Under the pieces are notes generated by a model. The model made no database searches and was not told the origin of the DNA. It saw only the letters and a list, made by a program, of their open reading frames with translations. Below, in pieces: positions 28,501 to 40,871 of a stretch of 64,000 nt of DNA; the first letter of the stretch is position 1; every line of letters starts with the position of its first letter. The stretch lies in NCBI GenBank assembly GCA_036172245.1, contig JAYWIR010000004.1, forward strand, positions 5,456,001 through 5,520,000. The letters run 5' to 3'. A program made the translations under genes and the position numbers. The DNA comes from Raillietiella orientalis (Eukaryota).

Positions 28501-31500
28501 CTTTGGATAACTTGCTTTCCTTCTAGATTTTGATGGAAGATCATTGCAAGCCTCAGTCGGCCCAGCCTCCGATGAGAGGAGCTTTTGTTCAGCCGTCCAA
28601 GTACCTCAGTCATTGTGTGAATTTTACATCCACCTACTCCGATCCGGGACGCACATCCATCACGAAGAACCTTTTTGTTGTCTTGTCCCTTTCTTTTCGA
28701 TCGCTGGTTTCGGTGGGCTTGTGAAAAATCGGCAGCTGATAGAAGGAAACCATTTTCGAGAAAACAAAAAATTGACCCTTCCAACCATCGCTCCTAGCCA
28801 TTGTCGAGAAAGCAAAAAGTAACCTCTTACACGCAACTCTTCGCCACTGTTGAGAAGATTTGTGATCCGTTAGTGCACGCGGATTGCCCGAGACACTCAC
28901 CGTTGAGATCCACACGTTGAGGACAATTCGAGCAGGGGAGAAGAAAAAAAATACATGTAAAAAAACCAGAAGAAAAGCGGAGGGGAGGCGCGGATGGAAT
29001 GGTAGGGAGGCTGGGCACAAAGAGGGAGGAGAAGGAGAGAGAGGAGGGGAAGAAAGAGCCGGCCAGATGAGAGAGAGAGCACGTCGGATAGGATTCATTT
29101 GCAGCGAAAGAAACGCAAATGTGATTACGCTGCTTCCTGATCTGGTCGTTCCGCAAGCAATCAAAGATCTCCTTGGCCGAGCGAGCAGCGAGCCGGAATG
29201 CATCTCCGGGATTACGGGCATTCCCCGAAAAGCTGATGCCCGGCCGCCGCGAAACGACGCGTTTTTACTGTTCCTTTAATTAAAGGAATCGAATTCTGTT
29301 TCAGGAGGGCAAAAAAAAAAAAAAAAAAACCATCTTTATCTGGCTGATGTGCGATCCTTAAGAAATGAGGGCAAATGGGATTGCTATCCAAGCAGTCGGA
29401 TAATCCGGGATAACTGATAGAGGAACCGATAAGGCGGAAAAAGAGAAGATGGAGAGAGCGAGAGAGCTGAAGAGAAGGGGGAGAAGGGTGAGAGCGTGGG
29501 CGGAGTCGAGATGGATGGAGGGAAAACGAAACCTCTACGATTTCTGAGTTTCTCTGGAGCAGCGGAAGGGACGGAGGAGAGGCGAGTGGCTTCCGGCTTC
29601 CTCGTCTTTCGCGAGGGAAATCGTCGGCGACGGCGCGGTTTCGATTGCTTCCCGCCCTCTTCCTTTCCCCCCGTCCCACCCCTTCCCTCTTTCTCTCCCC
29701 GCCTCCCTCCCCCCTTCTCGAACAGCAATCCGGAAAGCGGACGAGAAAAGGCGCGCGCGCGCGGGCGGTAGCTCGCCGGCTCCAGACCGGCCGGCGGAGA
29801 GAGGAAATCAACGGGAAGACAACAAAAGCGCCGTCTGCTGAAGAAACAGAGGTGGAGCAGGAGTACCCCCCTGCTGGCGGTTCGCCCTTTCTGTTTCTCC
29901 AGCCGACCCGACCTTCCTGTCTTCACCTTCTCCTCCAAGATGAGTCATCTGAAGGACCGAGAGTTCTTGTCGCGTCTTTCCTGAAGGGGAGCGGGAAGGC
30001 TTCGGGATGAAGTAGCTGCCTCAGCTCCAGTCCTCCCAGTTGCCGCCGTCTCTGGTGCTCCTTGATCTTCCCCGTTTTCGTGGAGCGCGGTTTCCCCAGG
30101 AAAATGATTCGAGAAGAGCTTCTTTGCCCTCCTCTCACCACCTCCTTCCGTTCTTCCTGGCATCTTTGCGTTCCCATTTCCTGTCGCCACGGCAACAGGT
30201 TCGGTCCGCGAGGCGGGACAGGGAAATCACCGTGCGGAAAATCTCCGGAAAATCGCATCCCGAGGGCGACCGGCAGCAAAGGGAGGCAGGACGAAGGGAC
30301 TGCTGGCTGCGAACAAGCGAGCTCTCCCGACCCTGCGGCAAGAGCGCCCGTCCCCTGGCGTGGCGCGCTTTTCCGGTCGGCTTGTCCCTTTCATCCCGTT
30401 CGGGCGCACCCCGAACAGGTGCTTCGTGAGCGGGCCGGGAGCGCAGCCGCCGTCGCAGGAGCAGGACACTGCGACGCAGGACACGGCTTGAGCCGGAGAT
30501 TCGTTCCAGGGGTACTCACGACCTCGGGCTCCAAAGCGCGACCCCCACGCTTCCCTATTTCAGGAAGGAGGGAGCCGCAAGGCCGTGGGAAAGCCGAGCA
30601 GCGCTATCGGCGGTGCGGGGACCGACGAGCCGGCCAGAAAGGCTTCCGCGAGGTGACCGTCGCGGAAGGGGGCGCGTGCACCACGGGTAGCTTGAGGAGG
30701 GGGGGGGGAAGGCAGCAGCAGGTGCGGATATGCCCCGGGAAGCCATGGGAAAGGAGAAATCAGCGACGACCTTTGCGCTCCTGTCCTTTCCCTTCCGCGA
30801 AGACGGAAGAGAAAGGGAGCTTCGCGAAGAGCGTTCCCTGAGGGGTACCACTGACCGAGCAAGCTGCTGTGGTTCCCCTGCAGGGAAAAAACGAAGAGGG
30901 CGAGGAAAGGGTCTTGGACGGAAAGAGTCAGGGAAGAGGGAATAGAAGGGGGGCTCGCGCACGATGTCCCTCTCCTGCGAGCTCATCGTTCGTTAAGGTT
31001 CGCCAAGGACCGCAGGAGGCTCCGGTAGCACTGAGTGACGCCCTCTCGAACCTTCAGCTGGCGTCGGGTCCTCGGGCGTTTGCTCTCAGACGCCTTGGGG
31101 AGTGCCCCTCCAAATTCCGTTGGATCTCTCCTGGGGAGAGAGGAACTCTCAGGAGAGCCTTCGCTGGACTCGGGTTTACCGGTTCCAGGAAGGCCTCCGT
31201 TCGCTACGCTGGAATTCGGGTCTGGACCTCGATGCCTCCGAGCAACGAGAGGTCAGGACTGCTGCTTCTGGTGGTGGTGGTGGTGGTGGTGGTGCTTCAG
31301 AGCGCCTGATGGAAGAGAAGCAGATGAGGAGGTACGGACCATCAGTGCGTTCTTCTGGCCGACCCCAGCCTCCCTGAACCCGGTCTTTCCTCTCCCCTCG
31401 GATCACCCCCAAGATAAGCAAAGGCGTGGAGCGAAATGGGGAGCCACCCTTTTCTTCTCCTGCTTGGGATCAACCCCGAGATGCCTGGGTTCTATGGGAA

Positions 31501-34500
31501 CGTCCCGAGGATGAGAAGGGCGACCTCCACCTCCGCAGGGCTCATCCACCCCCTATTCGGCCCCACCTCAGGGTCTCTCCCCTCGGCACCCGCCAGAATC
31601 CGCTGCCTTCGTCACTCCCCACCGGCCGCCCTGCGGCCTCCCAGGGCATCGCAAGAGTGGCATGGCCCGGAGGCTTCGGCGAGGGACTCCTGCTTTCGAT
31701 CAGACGCTCGCCCTTTCTCCTCCCCTCTGCCCTCTCGCCTCCCGGCTCCGAAAGTCATCTCGTTCCTGCCTGCTCCCCGATGCGATCCCATTGCTCCCTT
31801 AGTCGCCATCCTTGTAGCCGGGCGCAGCTGCCGACAGAGAAGGCCCGTGGGGAAGGGAGGGGGAGACAGCAGGAACGTTCGCTCCGTGTCCCGTCCTCCC
31901 CGTTTCCTCCGCCACCATGCTACCCTCTTTTCCTCAGAGGGATTTCCGCTCTGCAGGAGATTATGGAAGGGGGCAGAGTCTCCCATCCACGAGACGAAGC
32001 CTCCGTGTCCGGGGTAATTCCTCTACTTCGTAGGCGGCAGCGCCACCGACGCAACTTTCTGCCGCCGCCCCGCCTCAACCCCCGAGGAGGTCGTAGCTCG
32101 TGCGCCGCACGCTTCCTCCCAATCGCGGCGTCGCACCCCTCCGAGTTCCGTGCTTACCCGTTCGCCGCGGAGGAGGGGGGGGGGGAGAGAAGAGGCGCGG
32201 CCGCCGCGAATGCGAGGCAAAGGCTGCGAAAACCCACGTGACCTCCCCCGACGTGGCAGGACCGCTCCCTCCGGCTCTCCACGCGGCGGCCATGGATTCC
32301 CGGAGGCAGAGCGGGTGTTTTCCCCCCTCTCCTCCTCTTCTGTCCGCGGACCGCGTGTTTACCCTCTCGTGGTCGCGGATCGGGGACTGCAACCCTTTGC
32401 CATTGAGGTCCCGGATGGGGCAGATTTTAAACTCATCAACTTTTGATCGCGGGGGGGGGACGGCACATTGTGCGGCCACGAGAGGGACTAAAGGAGGCAG
32501 TGTGGAAGGGAGACGTCGGAGAAGGCCGGCGACTTCTGTGGAGCCTACTCGCCTCCGCTGCCAGGACCCCTCTCTCCTCTGCTCTCTCTCTCCCTTCGCG
32601 TGGGGGGCCGCACTCGAGACAGCTCGCGAGCGAAGGATGCGAATGACATAAGGAGCTCAGGGAAGTGCAGCGCAGGAGGAGGGGTGGGGAGGGAAGGATA
32701 AATCGGAGCAGAGGAGGAGGGGTGAGGGGAGAGAAAGGCAAGCCCCGAGGAGGGGCGCGCAGCTTCTTCCGCCGCCGTCACCAACCCCATCCCTTCCTCC
32801 CTTCGCCTCCTCGGGCGATCCGCTCGGAGAGCCGAAGGTCATATCGCCGCTGCTGCTGCCGCTTCCCGCATAGCCTCCAGAGATTTCCCGTGAACGTGCC
32901 ACCCGGCGGGAGTGGAACGACTTCCTGGGGACTCCTTAGAAGGAAACCCTCGGTCCTCGCGTCCCCTAAGGGGACTCCTCTGTGTTTGGAAGAAAAGAAG
33001 ACTCCTCCGCAGACCTTTCCCTCCCACTCTCCCTCCTCCACCCTCTCCTCCTTCCCCTTTGCCTTCTCGAAGCTGGCAGGAGCCTCTGGAAGTTGACGGT
33101 GCTCCTGCTCTGCCCTCCACTCCACCCTCCACCCTTGCGGGATTTCGCTCGGAGCCACCCAGGTCGGGTGACGACGCGAGATGCAGGGCATCGGGATAGC
33201 TGCCGAGATGGCATCAGCAGTCGAAAGAGACTGCATCAGGACGCTCCTCGCGCACAGCCTCCTCTTTGCGTTCGCCGTCTTCCTGGGCGACGATCGGGGG
33301 TGGTCCTCACCCCGAAGCACGGTCTCCAAGATCGGGGAAGGCCAGGAAGGATGATCAGCAGACTCGCCACTGCTGCGATGCTAGGTAGCAAGGGGCGAGA
33401 CCCCCAAAGCGCACCCAATGCCGCAGCCACCGATGCTCAGAGCGGGGGGAGGTGAAGGAACCGATAGGCAAGAAGGGGAGAGAAGGACGACCTCTGGGGA
33501 GCATTCCCGGAAGAGGAGAGGAACAAGCGTCCGCCGCCGTCCCTTGCAGAGAGGTCAGTGGGCGGTGGCGAAGAGCATCCCAGACGCTTCCTCTCAGAGC
33601 ATTCCCAGAGGCTGCACACTGCTGAAATCGACGCTCCCTTGCTCACGGAAGGCAGGGGGTGCGCCAGCGAGTGTGGCGTTGTTGTCCGGGGAGGACCACA
33701 GTCGTTTCCTCTTCTGGGATCCTGCTGGGCCGCATCACTCCACGCCCTCCGTTCCCGGACTCTCACAGTGCGAGGGGGAAAGCCGGAAAGGTCCTGAGGG
33801 CGTCGAGAAAAAAACGGCAGGACATGCGAGCCCCAAGGTTCCTTAGGAGGAAGGTCAAGGCCTCGCGAGGACGGCCCATCCCGGAGGGCCGCGACTCCCA
33901 AAGCCGCTGACAACCCGGAGCTGGAGTGCCAGGAATGGCAGCTGTGAAGTAGGAGGGGCGGCTCTCTGTGCCCATGCCCTGATTGAGGAAAGGTTCCAGA
34001 ATCATCACGGTCTCCGTTGCCTTGGAGCTTTCCCAATTCCCTGGGTGAATGGGCTCCGTTGGCCTTCCCAAGCCGATCACGTGCAGGTGCCGCCCTAGCG
34101 CCCTCTCTCCTCCTCCGCTGCTACATGAGGCCCTCGGGGGCTCTCCAAGGGGCGACCGAATGCCAGGAACGCGCGGAGCGGGTCTTCACGAGGGGGAATG
34201 TCTCCATCCCTGATCAGGAGGCTCCGGAAGCAGCGCTTCAGAAGCAATCCGGGAAGACCCGTGACGGGGGCTCTCGGGATCGACACATCTCCCCGCGTCC
34301 CAAGCAGACCCGATGAGATTCGCTCGTCACGGGATCTGATCCGGTCATCTTCTTGATTAGCGCGAAGGAAGCATCGGGAATGGCCGTTCCTCCCGCCCGA
34401 TCGCTGATCCGACGAATCGGGAGAAGGGTGGCGATTTCCCAGTTGGAACTCACGAAAATCCCGCAGGTGTGCGGGATATCTACCCTCGCAGATCCAGGAC

Positions 34501-34719
34501 TTTCGCCGATCCGCTTGCCAGCGGGGCGGAACGGGCCGCCGACGTTCATGCCCGGTTGCGTTTCGGTGGCGTTCGCCCAGCGCCGCCGCCGCCGCCGACG
34601 ACGACCGTTCCTCCAGCTGCGAACCTTCTGGGCTCGCCGGGATTGCTTTGCTAAGGGTGGTTCCGCGTCGGATGCCCGATGAATGTGCGCGCTTTTTGAA
34701 CCCGGTTTCACTGGGCCGT

Positions 34720-35520
34720 TTGTTTATACAAAAATAAACATACAAGCTTGATCTATAGATTGTTGGAGTGAGGGAAGAGGGGGAGGGGACCGCCAACCCT
34801 GGTTGTCAGAAGACCAGGAGGGCGAGAGGGGACTATAGGAGGAAGGGGAGGGCTCAACGGTCTAAAGCGTCTGGAGGGAGGGGGGGGGTAAAGGAAGTGT
34901 CTCTGAGGTTGGGGTGGGGAGCCTGACCAGACTGGTCCGCCTGAATCGGAGATGTTGGACAATTCCTGTATTTCCAGCCGTGTGGCTGGGGAAAGCGAGG
35001 TCCGTCGTATGGAATGTCCAAGTAGGGAAAGGGGGAAGCTCCACGACGAGATCCTCTAATGATCGAGTTCTAGACAAGACCAGGCCGCGGATAAGGGGCA
35101 GAGCTACGACCACTGCGGCATCGGGAAGACCGTTGCGTAAAAAGAAACGACGGAAGACGTCCTTTGGTCCGTCGCAAGGGAGGATGATGGCTAGGGCCAA
35201 GTGCTTCTGATATAGGCCCACTCTCGAGCAATCCGACAGCGCGTGGGGCAGCATCTCCTTCCCCTCGCATAGGCTGCAGTCCGGTGAGACACTTTCTCTT
35301 GTTTCATGAAGCCTCCTTGCTTTGCCGTGGTGGCCCCAGTGCAGAAACAGGAGGGTGTTGTTCCTGATAGCGACAGGAAGCTGTGCAGGCATCCCTCTGG
35401 GACATGAAAGTCCTGCTCGGAGATGCCTAGGAGGTTTGTCCGTCGGGCCTGGGTCTCATTGCTCTGGCTCCGCGAAGTGCTGCCAGCTCGCCATTCTTTT
35501 GGGAAAGGAGGACAACGCAC
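34720..35520 (-). mobile_element. 5'-truncated L1/Tx1-like LINE 3' end (zf-RVT knuckle plus 3'UTR and tail)
   Basis: ORF 35392-34862 contains LPVAIRNNTLLFLHW...SPDCSLCEGKEMLPHALSDC (35278-35228). It is followed by a C-rich 3'UTR and an AT-rich tail (TTGTATGTTTATTTTTGTATAAAC on the minus strand). Confidence 0.6.
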
Positions 35521-38500
35521 CGATCGTGGATCCATCAGTAGACGTCCACCGGCGTTGCGCACGCGCGCGCGGCCCGCCGAGCGTGCCGGGCCTGCACACG
35601 ACGCCACCATCCCGGTTAGCAGTCCGGCATCTGCACCACGCCGACCGAGCGCCGACGCGGCCGCGCTCCGACACGAGGAGAAAAAGTCGACACGAGCGCA
35701 CCGGTTTGGCCCGCGCCAGGACGCCTACCCTCACGCGCTAAGCGACGCCTCGCGGGAAGGCATTCTCTGCACCCATCAACAGTAGGGCACGTGCGCTTGC
35801 CAACGCTGCAACGAGTTGCGCCCCGTCGTTCCCGGTCGACACGCGTCCGTATTGTGCGCACCACCTCCGGCGTACTGCGGCCCTTAGCCAATCGGGCTTC
35901 CTTTGGCCTCTTCCGTTTTGCCTCGTGTGCTGGGACCGTCGGCGCGGTTTAGCGCCGAAGGAGTAGTGCAGCGGCGTGATTCTGATCACCCCCGGGACGG
36001 CAGTGGGAGCAGACCGGGAGGAAGAAGGTCTTGACAAGGAGGAACAACCATCCGAAGCTTGACTCGCTTTGTTGCTTTGGCAGCGCGTGCCGCAGTGGAC
36101 GAAACTCTCATGCGTTGTTCTCCCTCAGTCCCTGTGCGGGTCTTCCTTCCGTTTCCGTCCCTCATCTGCTAGTGGAAGCACAGGGGAGAGTTTGCGTTCC
36201 TTGGGAAACCCGGATGAGCTCGAGCGAGCTGAGCTTCGCCGCCACGTCCAGCTACAACCCCTCGTCCTCCCCCTCTCTCTGTCTCTCTCTTACCCACCCG
36301 GCTGCCGGTGGTTTCGAGTGCGCGCTCCGTCCCACGACGCCTTCCTCAAGTGCGAAACTCTCTTCAGGAGTGAGTTGGCAGGACTGATGTCGCCGCCGGG
36401 TGCTTGACATCATTCCCGCGTGGTTGCCCCCGCCTGCAGCGCCCTGATCGTCCAATGAATGCCGCCATCGGAAAACGGCAGCAAGAACCCGAGCTGTCCC
36501 GTGGTGTGCCAATGGGCTGTTAGGAAGGCGAGCCGCTTCCATCTCCTTCTTCGCGTGCTCATAACTTCGCTTGCTTCAGTTAGCGTCCGAAAGTTGCTGT
36601 GCAGAATCTCTCTCCGTCGACTCGCATCTTTCGTGATCCTCCCCCTCACTCTGTAACTTCCCTTCCCCCCTTACACTGAGCTCCTCTACTGCTGTTGCTA
36701 CTGCTGTCTACGTGGGAACAAAGGAGAGGATTTCTTTTCTGTTCCATCTCTACTTCGAGAAACCACTTCAGTTGGGTTCTCGTCAGGTGGCATTTCTCAA
36801 AAAGCGCGCTTCGTTTTTGGCCTTCTTTCAGATCTCATTGGTGCTCCGCTTCAAACGTAACTCCATTCTCCTCCCCGCATCTCATTGCTGTGCACGAGAT
36901 CTCCCCGTCATCTAGCTTGTTCCCCTCTTTTTGCTTGAAATCTCTGGTTCGACTTCGGAGAGTGCATCGGTTCGAGCTCAGGGAGGGTTGGTTTCTGATC
37001 TTCCACAGTCGGCTACGTAGAACTCCTTTCTCTGGTGCTCGCACTTCCTCCGACACCTCTCCCCCGCGCATCCATGCCAACATCTGATGGAAGAGGGTGG
37101 GGAGGAGACATGGCACAGTGGCTCGCAAAAAGATCGACTCGGGCGCGTATGGCTTCTTGCGTCCACGGAGTATCCGAAACGGTCTCTTGGATCGATTGGA
37201 TCGGTCTACCAGGGCTATCTGTGAAGGACGAAGAGTGTTAGCAGCAGCCCCTCTCCGGAGATGATTGGCTAAAAGGAGAATCGCAGAGTTTCCGAACGGC
37301 GGTCCCCCTTCAACAGAAAGCGGTGATAAAGTTTCGAGGCGGGCAAAGCGCAGGGTTCATCAGTGCACTTTCCCTCGCGGGAAAGCTCGGTTGCAGTGCG
37401 CCTACCACGAGGCAGGGCCGGACATCGCGCGGATGAAGAAATGCTGAGGGGAGAGGAGGGGGGGGGCATGTAGGATCCGGAAGGATTTCCATCGGCCGAA
37501 CTCCCACAGCAGAACACGCCGGGGGGGATGCTCGGATCCGCGCGCGCACTTCTTGCAACATTTTGCAAACTCGCGCGAAGGAAAATTGTGGATTCCTTCG
37601 GCTTGTTTGCCCTTTGGATCAATCCTCCATCATCCCCGAAAACCAGTGTCGGAGCAGAAATCGCGGCTTAATGGTGTTTTCCTCTTAAGATGCTTTGCAC
37701 TTTCCTATGCGGAGTACCCACTGATTCCTTACGCTTGTGATTACCCTGTTTGCCTTTTACTGCTGATGGTCTGCTGGTACTTACTGAAACTGCCTTGGTC
37801 TTTCGGGATTCCGAGCACAGATTCTTTCTGTACTCATTAAAAGCACTTGAAGGAATTCGCCGGGACTCCGAATCTTCGTTCCAAAATCCTCCGATTCATT
37901 TGCGGATTGATCGGAAAAGAAAAAAGGGGGGGAAGAGGGAAGGATGGAGCCTCGTCTGGTTTGGAAACTTTGGAACTTTTCGAACGGCCACCTTTATTGC
38001 TCCAGAACGAGAACGGAAATGTCGAATTCAGGAAAAAACAATCCTCTTTCCTTATTTCGCACTTTGTAGCTTCTGTGAAGGAGGAATCGTGCATAAAAGA
38101 GCTCGTAGAAGAAAGTTGTCAGGGTCGAAGGGAATGCGTTCTCCGGATAGCCAAAGAGGACAATGGAGACGCTGCTCCCGTTGCATGGAAGCACTCGTGG
38201 TACGGGGTCGCAGGATCGGAAAGAGCTCCTCTGACTCCAGCTGGGGAGGGTGCAGCGTATGGTTCTTCCTTGATCGAGGGAGGCACTTGGTCCCGCTGCT
38301 CTTTTCGCCCCAAAGCGAGCATCTCTTCGAGACTGAGCTCCTCTTTTAGGCCGGGCGGGCGTGGGTGACCCCAAAGACTGGTGCTACTCACCATCTCCTT
38401 CGAAGTGGAACGAAGAGATAGGGAGCAAGAAGGGTGTGATCTATTCGTCGGCGCGGCGGTGATTCTTCAGTGGTCGCCGGCTCCCGACGTCGGCCTGAGC

Positions 38501-40498
38501 CGCTAGAAACACGCACAGCCACGAAGACCAGCTGTTGAGTTTCAGCGATACCTAATCAGGGCATCTTTTCTCTCCGCGCGGCAATCTGTCAGGCTTGGGA
38601 AACCTCGTTCTCCTATTAAGTCACTCTCTCTTTTTGGTTCTCCCTTTGTTTGCTGTTGATTTTTCGAATATTTTTAAAAAAAGACCCCTGTGGAGAGCCG
38701 GCGATAAAATTGCAAGCATTTCCGTTGAGGTGGCTGCCGGAGAGCATTTCAAAAAGAACAATCCGATTGAGCGCAGTGTGCCCGACCAGGAGAAGACGCG
38801 TTGATACTCCTCCCCCCGATACGTGCTGCTGATTGCATTTCCGCGACCCATCTTCGCCAAAGTTTGAAAAAAGCTAAAGAGAATCCAAGACCAGAGGCGG
38901 TGCGATAATCAGCAAACAGTGGCGGCTGGGATGAACCTGGTAAATACAAGACGGACGGGAAGCACGAGAGCGGAAAACTTCCGTGCTGATGATGCTCTTG
39001 CCAGAAGGATCGCCCTGATTACGATGGTTGCGATAGCCCTAGAAAGCGCAGGTCTCGTGCGCCAGGTTCTTCGTCGAGCACGGCAGTCAGTAGGAAACAT
39101 GCGGTTGCAGCGCATGCCGGGAAACTCAAAGAGCATGCTGCTGGAGCTTAGACTTGAGCGTCGCGCAGGTAACGAGGAATGCTGGAACAGAGCAAACAGA
39201 GCTTCCGGATGAGCATGGAAACACGGAAGAGCAGCTTCGAGGAGGAACCGACCCGACCAGGGACACCGAACGGTTGAACGGTGAGAAACACGTGAGGACG
39301 CAGTGAGTTACCAACCTTTCATGTACATTGGGGATGGCGTCGTCCGATTGGAAACTACACAGAGGTTTGGAGTTCCTACGAAATGGACAGCACGTTAAAA
39401 AAATCCTCCCTCTTCTCCGGTACCCTCCAAACGACTTTTCTCTCTTTGAAACAGCTCCTTTTATCGATTCTGAAGCATTGCCATCAAAAGGGCATTTGAA
39501 GCGAATTGCGTTAAGCCCGGCTCCGTGCCCATGCTTGTGTTGCACATCTCCATATATGCCGCTCACCATCTCGGAGGACTCAATAGCGGCCTAGACGTTG
39601 ACTTCTCTCTCGTCGCAGCAAGGCACTGACGAACTCAACAGGCGTGTTCTCTGTCAACGAAGGGAACCAAGATCCACTGGAATGAGACATTGTCCGTCCC
39701 GAGTGCGAAACGAGGTCAGATTCGGGAAGCGCCCGAGAACAGCAACAGAAGGTCACGCGAAACGTGCGAAAGATAGAAGCATTTTTCAGCGACCAGGTGA
39801 TGAGCCCTTGAAGAACTCCTCTTGCCGAGGGCATGTGGGCATGTGCTCTTTCACGTTCTTCCGTGGTGACACGTCCACATGGGCACGAGGTCCTCACGCG
39901 CTTAACTGTATCGACTGTTGCGTGCACACCACCTGTTGTGACGGTGACGATTCCAATCCAGCACGAAAATCCTCCTCAGCGGGAAAATCAATCCGGGGCT
40001 AGCAATCGACCCCAAGGGCGGACCTGGAAGGAACAGACTGAGAGGTTGGATGATGGGCCGCGACAACACCCGCATCCGGATGGGGCCCAGATGAGCGAAC
40101 CTCACCGGAAATCAGGAGCTGCGTGAAAACGGCGTTTCAAGGGAGATCCTGCTCCGCTTTCAAGGAGCAGCAACACTGACCGCACGACTTGCTGGAATCT
40201 CCTTCCCCCAGGGACCGTTTGAGAGAGTGTCCTTCCTGTAGGCGTTTCCTTTCTTCGTCCTCTGTCTTGCAGCGCATGATCGAGGGCTCACCGATTCATG
40301 GGTGCATGCGGCGACCGGGGAAGGCAGAATCTGGAAGGATGAGCAAGCACGAGAAAAGAGACAATGCTACCTGTCCATCCTCTTCTTGCCAAAAGAACGA
40401 CGCGTTCCTTCCTAAGTTGAGGACTGGAACGCCGTCGCATCGTACACCGAACACCTCAGCTTCCCGAAGCTTCTTCTATAGGGCGCGTTTCACCAGCC

Positions 40499-40871
40499 CA
40501 GTGGTGACGAACCTTCCTACGCGTGCATGCCAAAAATAATTTATAGATACTATTCATCAATATGCCGACGTGCCAGGGTATTTTTAATAAGAGGGAAAAA
40601 ATGATAGGAAATTGATCATTGCAGAATTTTCAATGAAATGATTCAAAAGTTAAGATAACGTAATCCAAAGCAGCATGAAGAATTTCATAAGGGTCCAGAA
40701 CTCGACATGCATATTTTAATAATTAATCGAATTTTTGTTGTATTTTTGACTCCAACTGATCGAGTGAAAATTGTTTTTGTGATGAACTTTTTTTTTATTT
40801 ATTGGCATGCCAGCAAAATTTTCTTACGTGCCGCGACTACTGGCACGCGTACGATAGGTTCACTACCACTG
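40499..40871. mobile_element. Non-autonomous hAT (Charlie/OC1-like) MITE, ~373 bp
   Basis: Imperfect TIRs: CAGTGGTGACGAACCT..TACGCGTGCATGCCA at 40499 and, as reverse complement, CAGTGGTAGTGAACCTATCGTACGCGTGCCA ending at 40871. AT-rich interior. Degenerate 8-bp TSD CACCAGCC/TACTAGAC (5/8). Confidence 0.7.

Noticed and set aside
37600..38350. Possible minus-strand CR1/L2-like RT remnant (KANRVITSVRN...)
   Set aside because: Similarity too degenerate to call without a profile search.
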